Assembly: GCA_963663275.1 (NCBI GenBank)
Contig: OY760183.1
Location: 3,392,001-3,456,000 of the forward strand
DNA: 64,000 nucleotides
DNA from: Chloroflexota bacterium
Lineage (GTDB): Bacteria > Chloroflexota > UBA11872 > VXOZ01
Direction: 5' to 3'
Numbering within the stretch: the first letter of the stretch is position 1; every line of letters begins with the position of its first letter. Shown in pieces: positions 39,834 to 49,240 of the stretch. A program made the translations under genes and the position numbers. Below the pieces are notes generated by a model. That model was not told the origin of the DNA. It saw only the letters and a program-made list of their open reading frames with translations, and did not search any database.

Positions 39834-40907
39834 ATGGGCATCATAGACGCAGACGCGCACGTCATCGAGATAGACCAGACGTGGGACTACATGGACCCGT
39901 CTGAGCGCCACTACAGGCCGGGCACGGCCTACCAGACGCTTGAGAACGGCGAGGTGATGAAGTACTGGATCATCGGCGGGCGCGCCATCAGGACGGCGTG
40001 GCCGGGCGGCGGCCCGCGCGGCGAGTTCGGCCTCTTCATCGGCAACGTCGTGCTGCCGACCGACTCCAAGTTCATGCTGGACGTCCAGGCGCGCATCGCT
40101 CACATGGACGAACTCGGGACGGACCTGCAGGTGCTCTACCCCTCCATGTGGACGGGGCCCATCACCACTAACCCCGCGGAGGAGGTCGCCCTCTGCCGGA
40201 GCTACAACCGGTGGATGGCCGACATCTACGCGGAGGGCAAGGGCCGCTTCCGCTGGGCAGCCGCGATGCCCGTGCTGGACCTGGAGGAGGCGGAGCGCCA
40301 GTTGCGGTTCGCGAAAGACAACGGCGCGGTCGCCATCAACCTGCGCGGTATCGAGGTCGGCAACCGGCTCATCAACGACCCGTACTTCTACCCGGTCTAC
40401 GAGTGGGCAGGAGAGTTGGACATGCCCATCTGCCCGCACTCCGGCACCGGGAGTTTCGAATTGGACGCCATCTTCGGCAGTCGGGAGACGCAGTTCGAGC
40501 GCAACAAGTTCAGCGGCCTCTCCGCGTTCCACACGCTGTTGATGTCCGGCCTGCCCGAGCGGTTCCCCAACACGAAGTGGGGCATCATCGAGTTCAGCGC
40601 CGACTGGATCCCCTATCTGCTGAACGATCTCGCCCGTCGCATGGAGCGGCGCGGCGACGGCCTGAGCGCCGACCCTCTGACCGAGAACAACGTCTGGGTG
40701 ACGGTGCAGCTGAACGACGACCTGGAGCAGATCCACCGCTACGTGGGCGGCAACCGGCTCGTCATCGGCACCGACTACGGCCACGCCGACTCAGCGACCG
40801 AGATTTATGCGCTCAAAACGTTCGAGAACGACGAGCGCATGCCGGCGGAGAGCCGCGAACGCATCCTCTGGGACAACCCCAGGGAGCTGTACGGCATCCA
40901 GAACTGA
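39834..40907 (+). CDS. Amidohydrolase_2 family protein
   Basis: IDADAHVIE, QVLYPS, SYNRW, GTDYGHAD. Confidence 0.92.
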   Translation: MGIIDADAHVIEIDQTWDYMDPSERHYRPGTAYQTLENGEVMKYWIIGGRAIRTAWPGGGPRGEFGLFIGNVVLPTDSKFMLDVQARIAHMDELGTDLQVLYPSMWTGPITTNPAEEVALCRSYNRWMADIYAEGKGRFRWAAAMPVLDLEEAERQLRFAKDNGAVAINLRGIEVGNRLINDPYFYPVYEWAGELDMPICPHSGTGSFELDAIFGSRETQFERNKFSGLSAFHTLLMSGLPERFPNTKWGIIEFSADWIPYLLNDLARRMERRGDGLSADPLTENNVWVTVQLNDDLEQIHRYVGGNRLVIGTDYGHADSATEIYALKTFENDERMPAESRERILWDNPRELYGIQN

Positions 40908-40935
40908 ACCAGGTCCGCAACCACTACGACTTGCG

Positions 40936-40962
40936 AAGGGGCGCCCATCGGGCGCCCCTTTC
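40936..40962 (+). terminator. Intrinsic terminator
   Basis: AAGGGGCGCCC-ATC-GGGCGCCCCTT hairpin right after the stop codon. Confidence 0.7.
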
Positions 40963-41096
40963 ACGTACGTCGTTCTTTGAAGCGGCGATGCGCGCGGTCA
41001 GGTCCCCAGCGTAAGGTTCGGCAGGAAGAGGACCTGTCGTGCAGTTCGCTCTGAGCGGCGTATGATACGGGCACGTTGCGGGACAGGAGGGAGACG

Positions 41097-42143
41097 ATGC
41101 CGGTAATCGACGCCGATACCCATGTGGATGAGAGCGAGTCCACATGGCAGGCCCTGGAAGGCGCTCTGGCCAGGTACACCCCCACCACGATGACGCCGCC
41201 CGGGGAGGCGATCGAGCACGCGAGTCTCGACCCGCACCGGAGCCGTTTCTGGCTGGTGGAAGGCCGCCTGCAGATCAGGGCGGTGCGGGACGACGAGCAT
41301 CACCCGGCGCGCGCCCGGCGGGAGCTGGATGACCTCGAGGGCCGGCTGGAAGACATGGACCGGATGGGCGTGGATATCCAGGTGCTCTTCCCCACCTTCT
41401 TCATCCGCTACATCTCGCTTAACCCGGAGCCGGAGGCGGCGCTGGCGAGCGCCTACAACCGCTGGGTGGCTGAGAGATGCGACCAGACCGGCGGGCGTCT
41501 GCGCTGGGCGGCGGTGCTGCCGTGGCTCGACACCGACGCGTCCATCAGGGAGCTGCGCTGGGCGAAGGAGAACGGCGCCTGCGGCATCTTCAAGCGGGGG
41601 CTCGACCTCCTGAAACCTGTGGGCGACCCGCACTTCTACCCGGTGTACGAGGCGGCGAACGACCTGGATATGCCGCTCTGCGTGCACACGGGCCACCCGG
41701 GCAGCGACGGCGACCGCGGCTTCCCCATCATGTCCGCCTTCCTCTCGGTCGTGCGGTCGAAACTGCCCGCCCGGTTCCCCAACCTCCGGTTCGGGTTCAT
41801 CGAAGCCGGAGCGTCGTGGATCCCGTACGTCCTCTCCCAGATCGCCATGAACGAGCGTTCGGACACCCTCCATGAGCGGACGGTCAAACTGGCAACGTCC
41901 GGAGACCTGTTCAGGGACAACCGTCTCTACGTCTCCATCGACCCCGTGGACGACGTCGAGTACCTGCTCACGCTGGGGACCGAGGACAACCTTATGATCG
42001 GCACGGACTACAGCCACTCCGACGTATCCGCGAACATCAGCGCGCTGAACGAAGTCCGCCGCTGGGCCGACTCCGGCATGATCAGCGGCGACGTGGCTGG
42101 CAAGATACTGGAGGACAACCCCAGGACGTTCTACGGCCTGTAG
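41097..42143 (+). CDS. Amidohydrolase_2 family protein
   Basis: IDADTHVDE, QVLFPT, AYNRW, GTDYSHSD. Confidence 0.92.
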   Translation: MPVIDADTHVDESESTWQALEGALARYTPTTMTPPGEAIEHASLDPHRSRFWLVEGRLQIRAVRDDEHHPARARRELDDLEGRLEDMDRMGVDIQVLFPTFFIRYISLNPEPEAALASAYNRWVAERCDQTGGRLRWAAVLPWLDTDASIRELRWAKENGACGIFKRGLDLLKPVGDPHFYPVYEAANDLDMPLCVHTGHPGSDGDRGFPIMSAFLSVVRSKLPARFPNLRFGFIEAGASWIPYVLSQIAMNERSDTLHERTVKLATSGDLFRDNRLYVSIDPVDDVEYLLTLGTEDNLMIGTDYSHSDVSANISALNEVRRWADSGMISGDVAGKILEDNPRTFYGL

Positions 42144-42170
42144 GGAGACGAAGTTCACGAGGAGGGCAGG

Positions 42171-44342
42171 ATGACGAACCGGGTTGTGGGCGCCCCGACG
42201 AGGCGGGTCGAGGGACCGGACAAGGTGACCGGTCGGCAGCAGTACTCCGCCGATATGGAGATGGAAGGGCTGCTCTGGGGCAAGATACTGCGCAGCCCGT
42301 ACCCCCACGCTCGGATCGTTCGCATCGATGCGTCACGGGCCAGGGAGGTTCCCGGCGTGCACGCCGTCATCACCGGGGCCGATTACCCCCGCCTCATCGG
42401 CCGGGCGGTCAAGGACCTCCCCGTGCTGGCCTACGAGAAGGTGCGTTTCATCGGTGAGCGGGTCGCCGCCGTGGCCGCCGAGACAGCCGCCGCTGCGAAG
42501 GAGGCGCTCGACCTCATCGAGGTGGAATACGAGGAGCTGACCCCCGTCTTCGACATGCAGGAGGCCATCACTCCCGGCGCGCCCATCGTCCACGACGACC
42601 CGACGGTCTACACAGGCGCCTTCGTCCATCCCGAGCGCCCCGACCTGCCCAACCTCTGCTCCTTCGACCGCTGGTCGCGCGGCGACCTCGCGGCGGGCTT
42701 CGCGGTGGCTGACCGTATCTCGGAGAACACCTTCCGCACGCAGAAGCAGCACCACGTCTACATGGAGACGCACGCCTGCGTGGTCTCGGTGGGGGAGGAC
42801 GGCGCCGCCGAAGTGTGGGCGTCCAACAAGAGCCCATACGCGCTCCGGGGCCAGCTTGCCATGTCGCTCGGCGTCGAGCCTGCGTCGATCAAGATCTACC
42901 CCATGGCGGTGGGCGGCGACTTCGGCGGCAAGGGCTCGCCCATGGACACTCCGGTTGCCTACCTCCTCTCGCAGGTTGCCGGAAGGCCGGTCAAGATCGT
43001 CATGGGCTACGACGAGGAGCTCCTCGCCGCGAACACCCGGCATCCGAGCGAGATCACGGTCCGCACCGGCGTCACCAGCGACGGCATGCTGACCGCGCTG
43101 GAGGTCAGCGCCTGCTTCGACAGCGGCGCGTACGGCGCGTTCAAGGCGGTGCCGAACATCAACCTCCACGCCATGGAGCAGACCGCGAGCTGCTACCGCG
43201 TTCCGGCCTTCGACGTGAAGAGCTACGTGGCGTACACCAACGTCATCCCCTCCGGCCATATGCGCTCCCCCGGCGGGCCCCAGATCACCTTCGCGGTGGA
43301 GTCGCAACTGAACATCGTGGCCGCCGAGCTCGGCATGGACGCGGCAGAGCTGCGTCTGAAGAACCTCGTGCAGCCCGGAGACACCGCCCCGAACGGCGAG
43401 CAGTGGGTCAACATCAAGGCGGTCGAGACGCTGCAGGCCGCGCTGGACGCCGTCGGCTGGGAGAACCCCAAACCGGCGCTCGTGGGACGCGGGCTCGCCA
43501 TGTACGAGCGCGGCCCTATCGGCGGCGACTCCAGCTGCAAGCTCATCCTGCACGAGGACCGTTCGCTGAGCCTCATCCTGCCGATACCCGACCCCGGGCA
43601 GGGCGGCCCCACGGTGATGCAGCAGATCGCAGCCGAGCACCTCGGCGTCGGTTCCGACCGCGTCGCGGTGCGGTTGGCGCCGACCGACCAGCTCCCCTTC
43701 GACATGGGCGTCGGCGGAAGCCGCACGACCTTTGCTGTGGGAGTGGCGGTCGCCCAGGCCGCAGAGACGCTGATGGCGCGGCTCAAGGAGACGGCAGGCG
43801 ACGCCCCGTTCGACGAGGCCGCCGCCGCGCTCGTGGCTGCGGAAGGCGGCGACGTCACCATCGACGTCTACCGCAAGACCCCCTTCATTCCCGAACCCGC
43901 CACGACCGAGTTCACCGCCCAGGCGGCGGAGGTGGAGGTCGACCCGGAGACCGGACAGGTGAAGGTGCTCCGCGTCGTCACCTCGCACGACGTCGGCACG
44001 ATCATCAATCCGGCGGGCCACCAGGGGCAGATCGCGGGCGGGGCCATTCAGGGCTTCGGCATGGCCATGATGGAGGAGTTCGCGCTGGACGGAGGCAAGC
44101 CGGTTGCCCTGAACCTTGCCGACTACAAGATCCCGACCATCATGGACGTCCCCACGCTCGAAACGGTGCTGGTCGGTCGCGACGACGGACCGGGTCCCTT
44201 CAACAGCGGGGCCATCGCTGAATCGGCGAACGTGCCCACCGCTGCCGCTGTCGCCAACGCGGTCAGCGACGCCATCGGCAAGCCTGTCCTCCAGTTGCCA
44301 GTCACCGCCGAGTACGTCCTCGGCCTGCTCCGCGGCGACTGA
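42171..44342 (+). CDS. Xanthine dehydrogenase/CoxL-like molybdopterin-binding subunit
   Basis: ILRSPYPHA, VGGDFGGKG, HMRSPG, VDPETG.V, GQIAGG.IQG, DYKIPT. Confidence 0.92.
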   Translation: MTNRVVGAPTRRVEGPDKVTGRQQYSADMEMEGLLWGKILRSPYPHARIVRIDASRAREVPGVHAVITGADYPRLIGRAVKDLPVLAYEKVRFIGERVAAVAAETAAAAKEALDLIEVEYEELTPVFDMQEAITPGAPIVHDDPTVYTGAFVHPERPDLPNLCSFDRWSRGDLAAGFAVADRISENTFRTQKQHHVYMETHACVVSVGEDGAAEVWASNKSPYALRGQLAMSLGVEPASIKIYPMAVGGDFGGKGSPMDTPVAYLLSQVAGRPVKIVMGYDEELLAANTRHPSEITVRTGVTSDGMLTALEVSACFDSGAYGAFKAVPNINLHAMEQTASCYRVPAFDVKSYVAYTNVIPSGHMRSPGGPQITFAVESQLNIVAAELGMDAAELRLKNLVQPGDTAPNGEQWVNIKAVETLQAALDAVGWENPKPALVGRGLAMYERGPIGGDSSCKLILHEDRSLSLILPIPDPGQGGPTVMQQIAAEHLGVGSDRVAVRLAPTDQLPFDMGVGGSRTTFAVGVAVAQAAETLMARLKETAGDAPFDEAAAALVAAEGGDVTIDVYRKTPFIPEPATTEFTAQAAEVEVDPETGQVKVLRVVTSHDVGTIINPAGHQGQIAGGAIQGFGMAMMEEFALDGGKPVALNLADYKIPTIMDVPTLETVLVGRDDGPGPFNSGAIAESANVPTAAAVANAVSDAIGKPVLQLPVTAEYVLGLLRGD

Positions 44343-44368
44343 TCCCCGCGCGTGGTGAGCCTGGGAGG

Positions 44369-44629
44369 TTACGGCAGGGGCGCGATTCTGCCCGGCATCT
44401 CTTGGCGGGTCCTGCGCTCCCACGCTGCGAACAGTTCTTGCTGGTGGAGCGTGGCCCATTCGACAACGAGGCCCAATGCCCGTGGTGGGAGTTGACCGCG
44501 TGTCACAGCGAGACTGCCTATCTCGACCGTCGCCTCCTGCTCCTGGTAGACCGCGTGGAAGTGCGGAGGCGCGTGGTCTCTGAAGTGCATCCGTATGACG
44601 ATGCCGTAGAACCGTGAGAGTTCAGGCAT
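44369..44629 (-). CDS. DUF4160 family protein (putative TA component)
   Basis: MPELSRFYGIVIRM.F.DHAPPHFHA.Y...LVVEWA..HQ.EL...W. Confidence 0.9.
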   Translation of the reverse strand: MPELSRFYGIVIRMHFRDHAPPHFHAVYQEQEATVEIGSLAVTRGQLPPRALGLVVEWATLHQQELFAAWERRTRQEMPGRIAPLP

Positions 44630-44906
44630 TGGCGGGTGCGCTCTGCTCGGCAAGCGCCATCTCTTCCAGCGTCTTGCCGGTGAGCTCCATGTAAAGGGCG
44701 TCCGCGCAGATGTCGATCTCGTCGCCCCAGGCGACGGCGCGGTAGTCGGTCAGATGCACGGACTCGAAGAAGGTGCGGTCTTTCCATGCGGTGAACACGC
44801 CTTTGCCCGCCATGTCGGACAGGTCGACCTCGCCGGAAGCGCCATCGTTGAAGCGCACCCAGATGCGGTAGCCCTCGCGAGCCTCGACTGCTATCGGTGT
44901 GAGCAT
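44622..44906 (-). CDS. DUF2442 family protein (putative TA component)
   Basis: GYRIWVRFNDGASGEVDL...F.SV.L....VAW.DEIDICADALY. Confidence 0.9.
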   Translation of the reverse strand: MLTPIAVEAREGYRIWVRFNDGASGEVDLSDMAGKGVFTAWKDRTFFESVHLTDYRAVAWGDEIDICADALYMELTGKTLEEMALAEQSAPANA

Positions 44907-44943
44907 CCGTTCCCTCCTTCGGAAGTATATCAAGTGCAAGCAA

Positions 44944-44982
44944 CCCTCACTCCCCGGCCCTCTCCCGCCATCGGGAGAGGGG
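44944..44982. repeat. CCCTCAC..CCCTCTCCC/GGGAGAGGG REP-like hairpin
   Basis: Same family as the hairpins at 5035-5582 and 47525-47577. Confidence 0.75.
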
Positions 44983-45158
44983 AGACACCCGCCTCTAACC
45001 CGCCTGTCCAGTTCTGCTCGCGCCGCGTGACCAGATGTGGTTGCCGTAGGAGAGGAGGAGGAACTTGAGACGCCCCGTGTTGCCTAGGGCAGCACCTCAG
45101 GCTATGGTGACGCAATCTCCAAGGCAGTTGACGAGCAACATCAGGAGGACGCAAGCCT

Positions 45159-47102
45159 GTGGACGGATTTCTCACACTGGCGCTGCTGATAGCAATCGTG
45201 GCGCTCTTCGGTTGGGGGTTCAGCCGTTTCAGGAGAGAGGGCTTCAGTGCCGACAGCAGTAGCGCCGATTACAGCAACCCGAGAACCCACCTCATGCGTG
45301 TCGTCCTGAAGGAAGTGACCGACCATGTGGAGAGCATGACAGGCAATACTCAAATCGGGTGCCGTGTCGATGACCAGGAGGGTGTCCTCACTCTGACAGC
45401 GGATATGGAGCAGTTCGAGCATTTCCGCAAGCGGAGAGGGGTTTGGCAATGGGCGGGTTATTTCGAGGAACGGCGGCTGGAACGGCAGTGGTCCAGAACC
45501 CCTGCGGCTACACGCCGCTGGGAGGCCATCACGATGACCATACCTGTCGCCATAAATGCTGCCTTCAACGCTGACTATCATCTGCGGATCGTGCGCTTCC
45601 ATATTGGGGATATGGAAAACGACCAACTGACAACGTGCAGAGTCAGCGTCGAAGCGCAGCGTGGGGGACGCCACGATTGGCGGTACGACAAAAGGGCCAG
45701 AGGCTACCTCGCTCCCGTCATTCCCCACGATTACGAGGGCATCCCAGCACCGGGAGTGGTTTTGCATCCGACCCATCCGACTTCGAATACCAGGTTGCGC
45801 GGATGTTGCAGAATCGTGGACTGACCGTAGAAGTTACCGGCGGACCAGGCGATGAGGGTGTGGACATCATCGCCCGCGACATAACGCCTATCACCGGTGG
45901 GATGTACTTAGTGCAATGCAAACGCTATGCCCTAGACCGCAAGGTCGGCGTAGCCGACGTGCGAGAGCTATACGGGACAGTACAGGAGAAGCGTGCGAGC
46001 AAGGGCGTTCTCGTGACTTCGTCCACGTTCACCACGCAAGCACGCCGTTTCGCGGAGGACAAGCCCCTGGAATTGATAGATGGCACTGAGTTACAGGAGT
46101 TGCTTGAGAGTATAGAGCAAGAACCAGATTATGAAAGATTGTGGGACGACATTGAGGATTACATCAAGGAGAATGCAGAGGTACCGGACGACAGTGAAGG
46201 TGACCAGTCGAAGGAGGATAGACTTGAAGTTGCGTCTTTGCATGAAGCCGCAGCTGATGACAACCTGACGGGCGTAAGAATACTGCTAGATAAAGGGGCA
46301 GATATCAATGAGCTGGACAGTGAACAGTTCACGCCGCTGCAAAAGGCAGTGATGAACGATGCCGGACTGGCAATGCTCGAATTACTCCTTGATAGGGGTG
46401 CAGATATAGATGCAAGGGGAGTGGAAGGATATGCCGCTTTGCACATGGCGATAATGAAGGGAAACAGAAGGAGCGTTACACTGCTAATCAACAAAGGCGC
46501 GCATATCGAGGCACAAAACGATAATGACTGGCTGACACCTCTTCACATTGCGATAGCACAGGGGAACTTATCCATTGTTGCGTTGCTGCTGGGCAGCGGC
46601 GCAGACCCCAATCTCACCAACGCTGACGGTATCACTGCGCTACATGGCGCGGTGAAGATGAATCCACTAGCGATACCCCTACTGATACAACATGGCGCAG
46701 ATACCGAATCGCAGGATGACTCCCATGTCACTCCTCTGCTCCTAGCGGTAGCGGAAGAGCGAGTCGAGAGCATCCGGTTGCTGATCGACGGAGGCGCACA
46801 CGTAGATGGAAGAGGAGGTGATGATGACTCAATAACGCCTCTACACATGGCAATCTCCCCAGATACAGACCCGTCGATCCTGCCTCTGTTGCTTGACTTT
46901 GGAGCGGATATCGAGGCGAGAGGCCGTCGGGGGGATGACGCCCCTGCAGCTTGCAGTAGGACTGGGGACGCCATCCACTGTGGCAACACTATTGATGCGA
47001 GGGGCAGACCCTCAAGCACGCAACGACCTTGGGCTGACTGCTTATGACGTGGCAGTTGAACAAGGGGCACCCGAAGAAGTGCTCCGCCTGCTGCGCAGAT
47101 AA
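45159..47102 (+). CDS. Membrane-anchored Mrr-like restriction endonuclease fused to ankyrin repeats (frameshifts near 45760 and 46925)
   Basis: N-terminal TM; DFEYQVARML...TGGPGDEGVDI...LVQCKRY...VGVADVREL...GVLVTSSTFT..A...ELIDG (Mrr_cat); about 8 TPLH.A...LL..GAD repeats. Confidence 0.8.
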
Positions 47103-47276
47103 CGCCCCGTCCACGAGGACGCTCCTCACGGAAACTACATGGGAGGGTTTCTCGGCTCCGCTTGGAATGCCCCCTGTGACACCCGCCCCTATCGCAGTCG
47201 CCCCCGACCGCGTACGCTGGTCCGGCAGCATGGACGCCTCAGGCCCACGTCGGCGCAGGCGCCTCGCGAGACCGGC

Positions 47277-47410
47277 GAGCAGTTACGAGCAGGAATAAGC
47301 AGGTTAAGCATAGGAAAGAGCAGCGAATGAGCAGCTATGAGCAGTCCGACTGCTCGCGCGGAAGGTCGGTTGCAGAGGTGAAGTCAGGCCGGATGAGCAG
47401 AAATGAGCAG
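47277..47410. repeat. Helically phased (G/A)AGCAG direct repeats
   Basis: Copies at 47277, 47287, 47297, 47306 (AAGCAT), 47318, 47329, 47339, 47395 and 47405. Confidence 0.7.
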
Positions 47411-47461
47411 CGTTTCCCCCGGAAACATTCGCTCGCTACCCTGCACCAGTCCTCACCAGTT

Positions 47462-47615
47462 GGGGTTCGACAGGCTCACCACGAGCGGGTCAGTCGTCGT
47501 TTCGAGTGGAACTCAGCATGACAGCCCCTCACCCGCCGCGCCGCCGCGCGCCGACCTCTCCCAAGGGAGAGGCGAGCGGCAGGGGGCATGGATTCCAGCT
47601 TTCGCTGGAATGACG
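47462..47615. repeat. REP cluster of three palindrome families
   Basis: GGTTCGACAGGCTCACCACGAGCGG; CCCCTCACCC..CCTCTCCC/GGGAGAGG; TGGATTCCAGCTTTCGCTGGAATGACG. Confidence 0.8.
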
Positions 47616-47707
47616 AGTTGGGGCTAGCGCAGCGGGAGGTAGCGGAGGCGGCGCAAGCCGTCAACGATGGCGGCGCGGAAACCCTCGTCCGCTGCGAAAC
47701 GAAGCAT

Positions 47708-48070
47708 CTAGGACGCTCGTTGCTCCTGTCGAGCCGCTTCGCGGCGGGCGTGCAGCCGGGTCAGCAAGGAAGCATTGTCCGGGTGGAGCGCGTCTATCTC
47801 AGCCTTGGCTTGCTCCCAGTCCTCGTCCACCTCACGCAGGTAGGCCTCGACCTCCTCCGTGTTGCGGAGGTAGTAGGCGATGACGGCGTAGACGTCCGCG
47901 AGTTCGAGCGTGGGAAGCGCCTCCCTGATCTGTTCGGGCGTCTCTCCCGCCTTGTGCGACCAGACGACGAACTCGAAGTTCACGCGCGTCTGCGGGCCGG
48001 ATACGCGCACCGCGCCGTCCGGCTCGACCTGCAGCGGGACGGTCATGCTGGGGAAGCTCTCGATCGCCAT
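47708..48070 (-). CDS. DUF433 family antitoxin-like protein (orphan)
   Basis: TRV...VV...KAGETPEQI.E.LPTL.LADVYAVIAYYL. Confidence 0.88.
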   Translation of the reverse strand: MAIESFPSMTVPLQVEPDGAVRVSGPQTRVNFEFVVWSHKAGETPEQIREALPTLELADVYAVIAYYLRNTEEVEAYLREVDEDWEQAKAEIDALHPDNASLLTRLHARREAARQEQRAS

Positions 48071-48175
48071 GTTCGTTGCTCCTGCGCCTGCTCCATGCGT
48101 CGGCGCCAGTATACGCCACCTCACCATGAGCGGGCTGCGGTGGTATCGTCTGCACGGCAGGGGAGGTGCAACGCC

Positions 48176-49240
48176 ATGAAGGTCATAGACGCGGACGCGC
48201 ACGTTGACGAGACCGACGCTACCTGGGACTTCCTGGAGCCGGAGCACGCGAAGCTGCGCCCCATCACCGCGGTTGCGGTCGAGGACGCGGCCACAGAAGG
48301 GATCGCGAAGAACTTCCTGCGCTACTGGAACATCGACGGGCGGATGCGCCTCCGCCGGATGCGCGACGACGTGCGCACCGGCACCACCGAGGCCACCCGC
48401 GAACTGAAGGACGTTCCCGCGCGCCTGCGCCAGATGGACGAGCTCGGCGTCGACGTGCAGGTGCTCTACCCGACGATGATGCTGAGCGCCGTGAGTGAGA
48501 AGCCGGAGGTGGAGGCCGCCCTGTGCCGCTCCTACAACCGCTGGATAGCCGGCCGTTGCGCGGAATCGGACGGACGACTGCGGTGGGTCGCGTCGCTGCC
48601 CGTGCTCAGCATCGACGTTGCCGTCGAGGAGATGGCGTGGGCGAAGGAGCACGGCGCGGCGGGCGCCATCAAGCGCGGCGTCGAGGCGGGACAGCGCTCG
48701 GCGGGCGACCCGTACTTCTACCCGCTGTACCGGCAGGCGGAGGAGCTGGACATGGCGATGTGCATCCACATCGGCGCGGGCGAGGTGACGGAGGGGATGA
48801 CGAACCCCATCTGGCAGCACCGCCTGCCGCCGATCGATGCGTTCGTCTCCCTCGTGCTCGAGCGGGTGCCGCAGAAGTTCCCCCGGCTGCGCGTCGGCTT
48901 CGTGGAGGCGATGTCGTCCTGGGTGCCGTTCGCCCTTGCCGAGCTGGAGGCGCGGAAAGAGCGCATGGCCTGGCTGATGGACATCGACCTGCAGGAGGAC
49001 CTGCTGCGCGAGTGCCGCTTCTACGTCGCCTGCCAGACGCACGAGGACCTGAACTACATCGCGTCGCGCACGGGCAGCGACAACCTCGTCATCGGGACGG
49101 ACTACGGGCACGCCGACCAGTCGGCCGAGATCAACGCGCTGAGCATCCTCCGCGAGAAGGGCGAGCGCGAGGAGGTCCCCGCGAGTCTCGCGGAGAAGGT
49201 GCTCACCGCCAACCCCGCCGCGCTCTACGGGATCGACTAA
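48176..49240 (+). CDS. Amidohydrolase_2 family protein
   Basis: MKVIDADAHVDE, QVLYPT, SYNRW, GTDYGHAD. Confidence 0.92.
   Translation: MKVIDADAHVDETDATWDFLEPEHAKLRPITAVAVEDAATEGIAKNFLRYWNIDGRMRLRRMRDDVRTGTTEATRELKDVPARLRQMDELGVDVQVLYPTMMLSAVSEKPEVEAALCRSYNRWIAGRCAESDGRLRWVASLPVLSIDVAVEEMAWAKEHGAAGAIKRGVEAGQRSAGDPYFYPLYRQAEELDMAMCIHIGAGEVTEGMTNPIWQHRLPPIDAFVSLVLERVPQKFPRLRVGFVEAMSSWVPFALAELEARKERMAWLMDIDLQEDLLRECRFYVACQTHEDLNYIASRTGSDNLVIGTDYGHADQSAEINALSILREKGEREEVPASLAEKVLTANPAALYGID

Noticed and set aside
42171-44342. True aerobic CO dehydrogenase
   Set aside because: The active-site loop is GHMRSPG, not AYxCSFR, and there are no adjacent coxM/coxS genes.
47588-48175. N-terminal extension of the amidohydrolase (550-aa ORF)
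   Set aside because: It overlaps DUF433 on the opposite strand; the real start is the ATG at 48176 with a GGAGG RBS.
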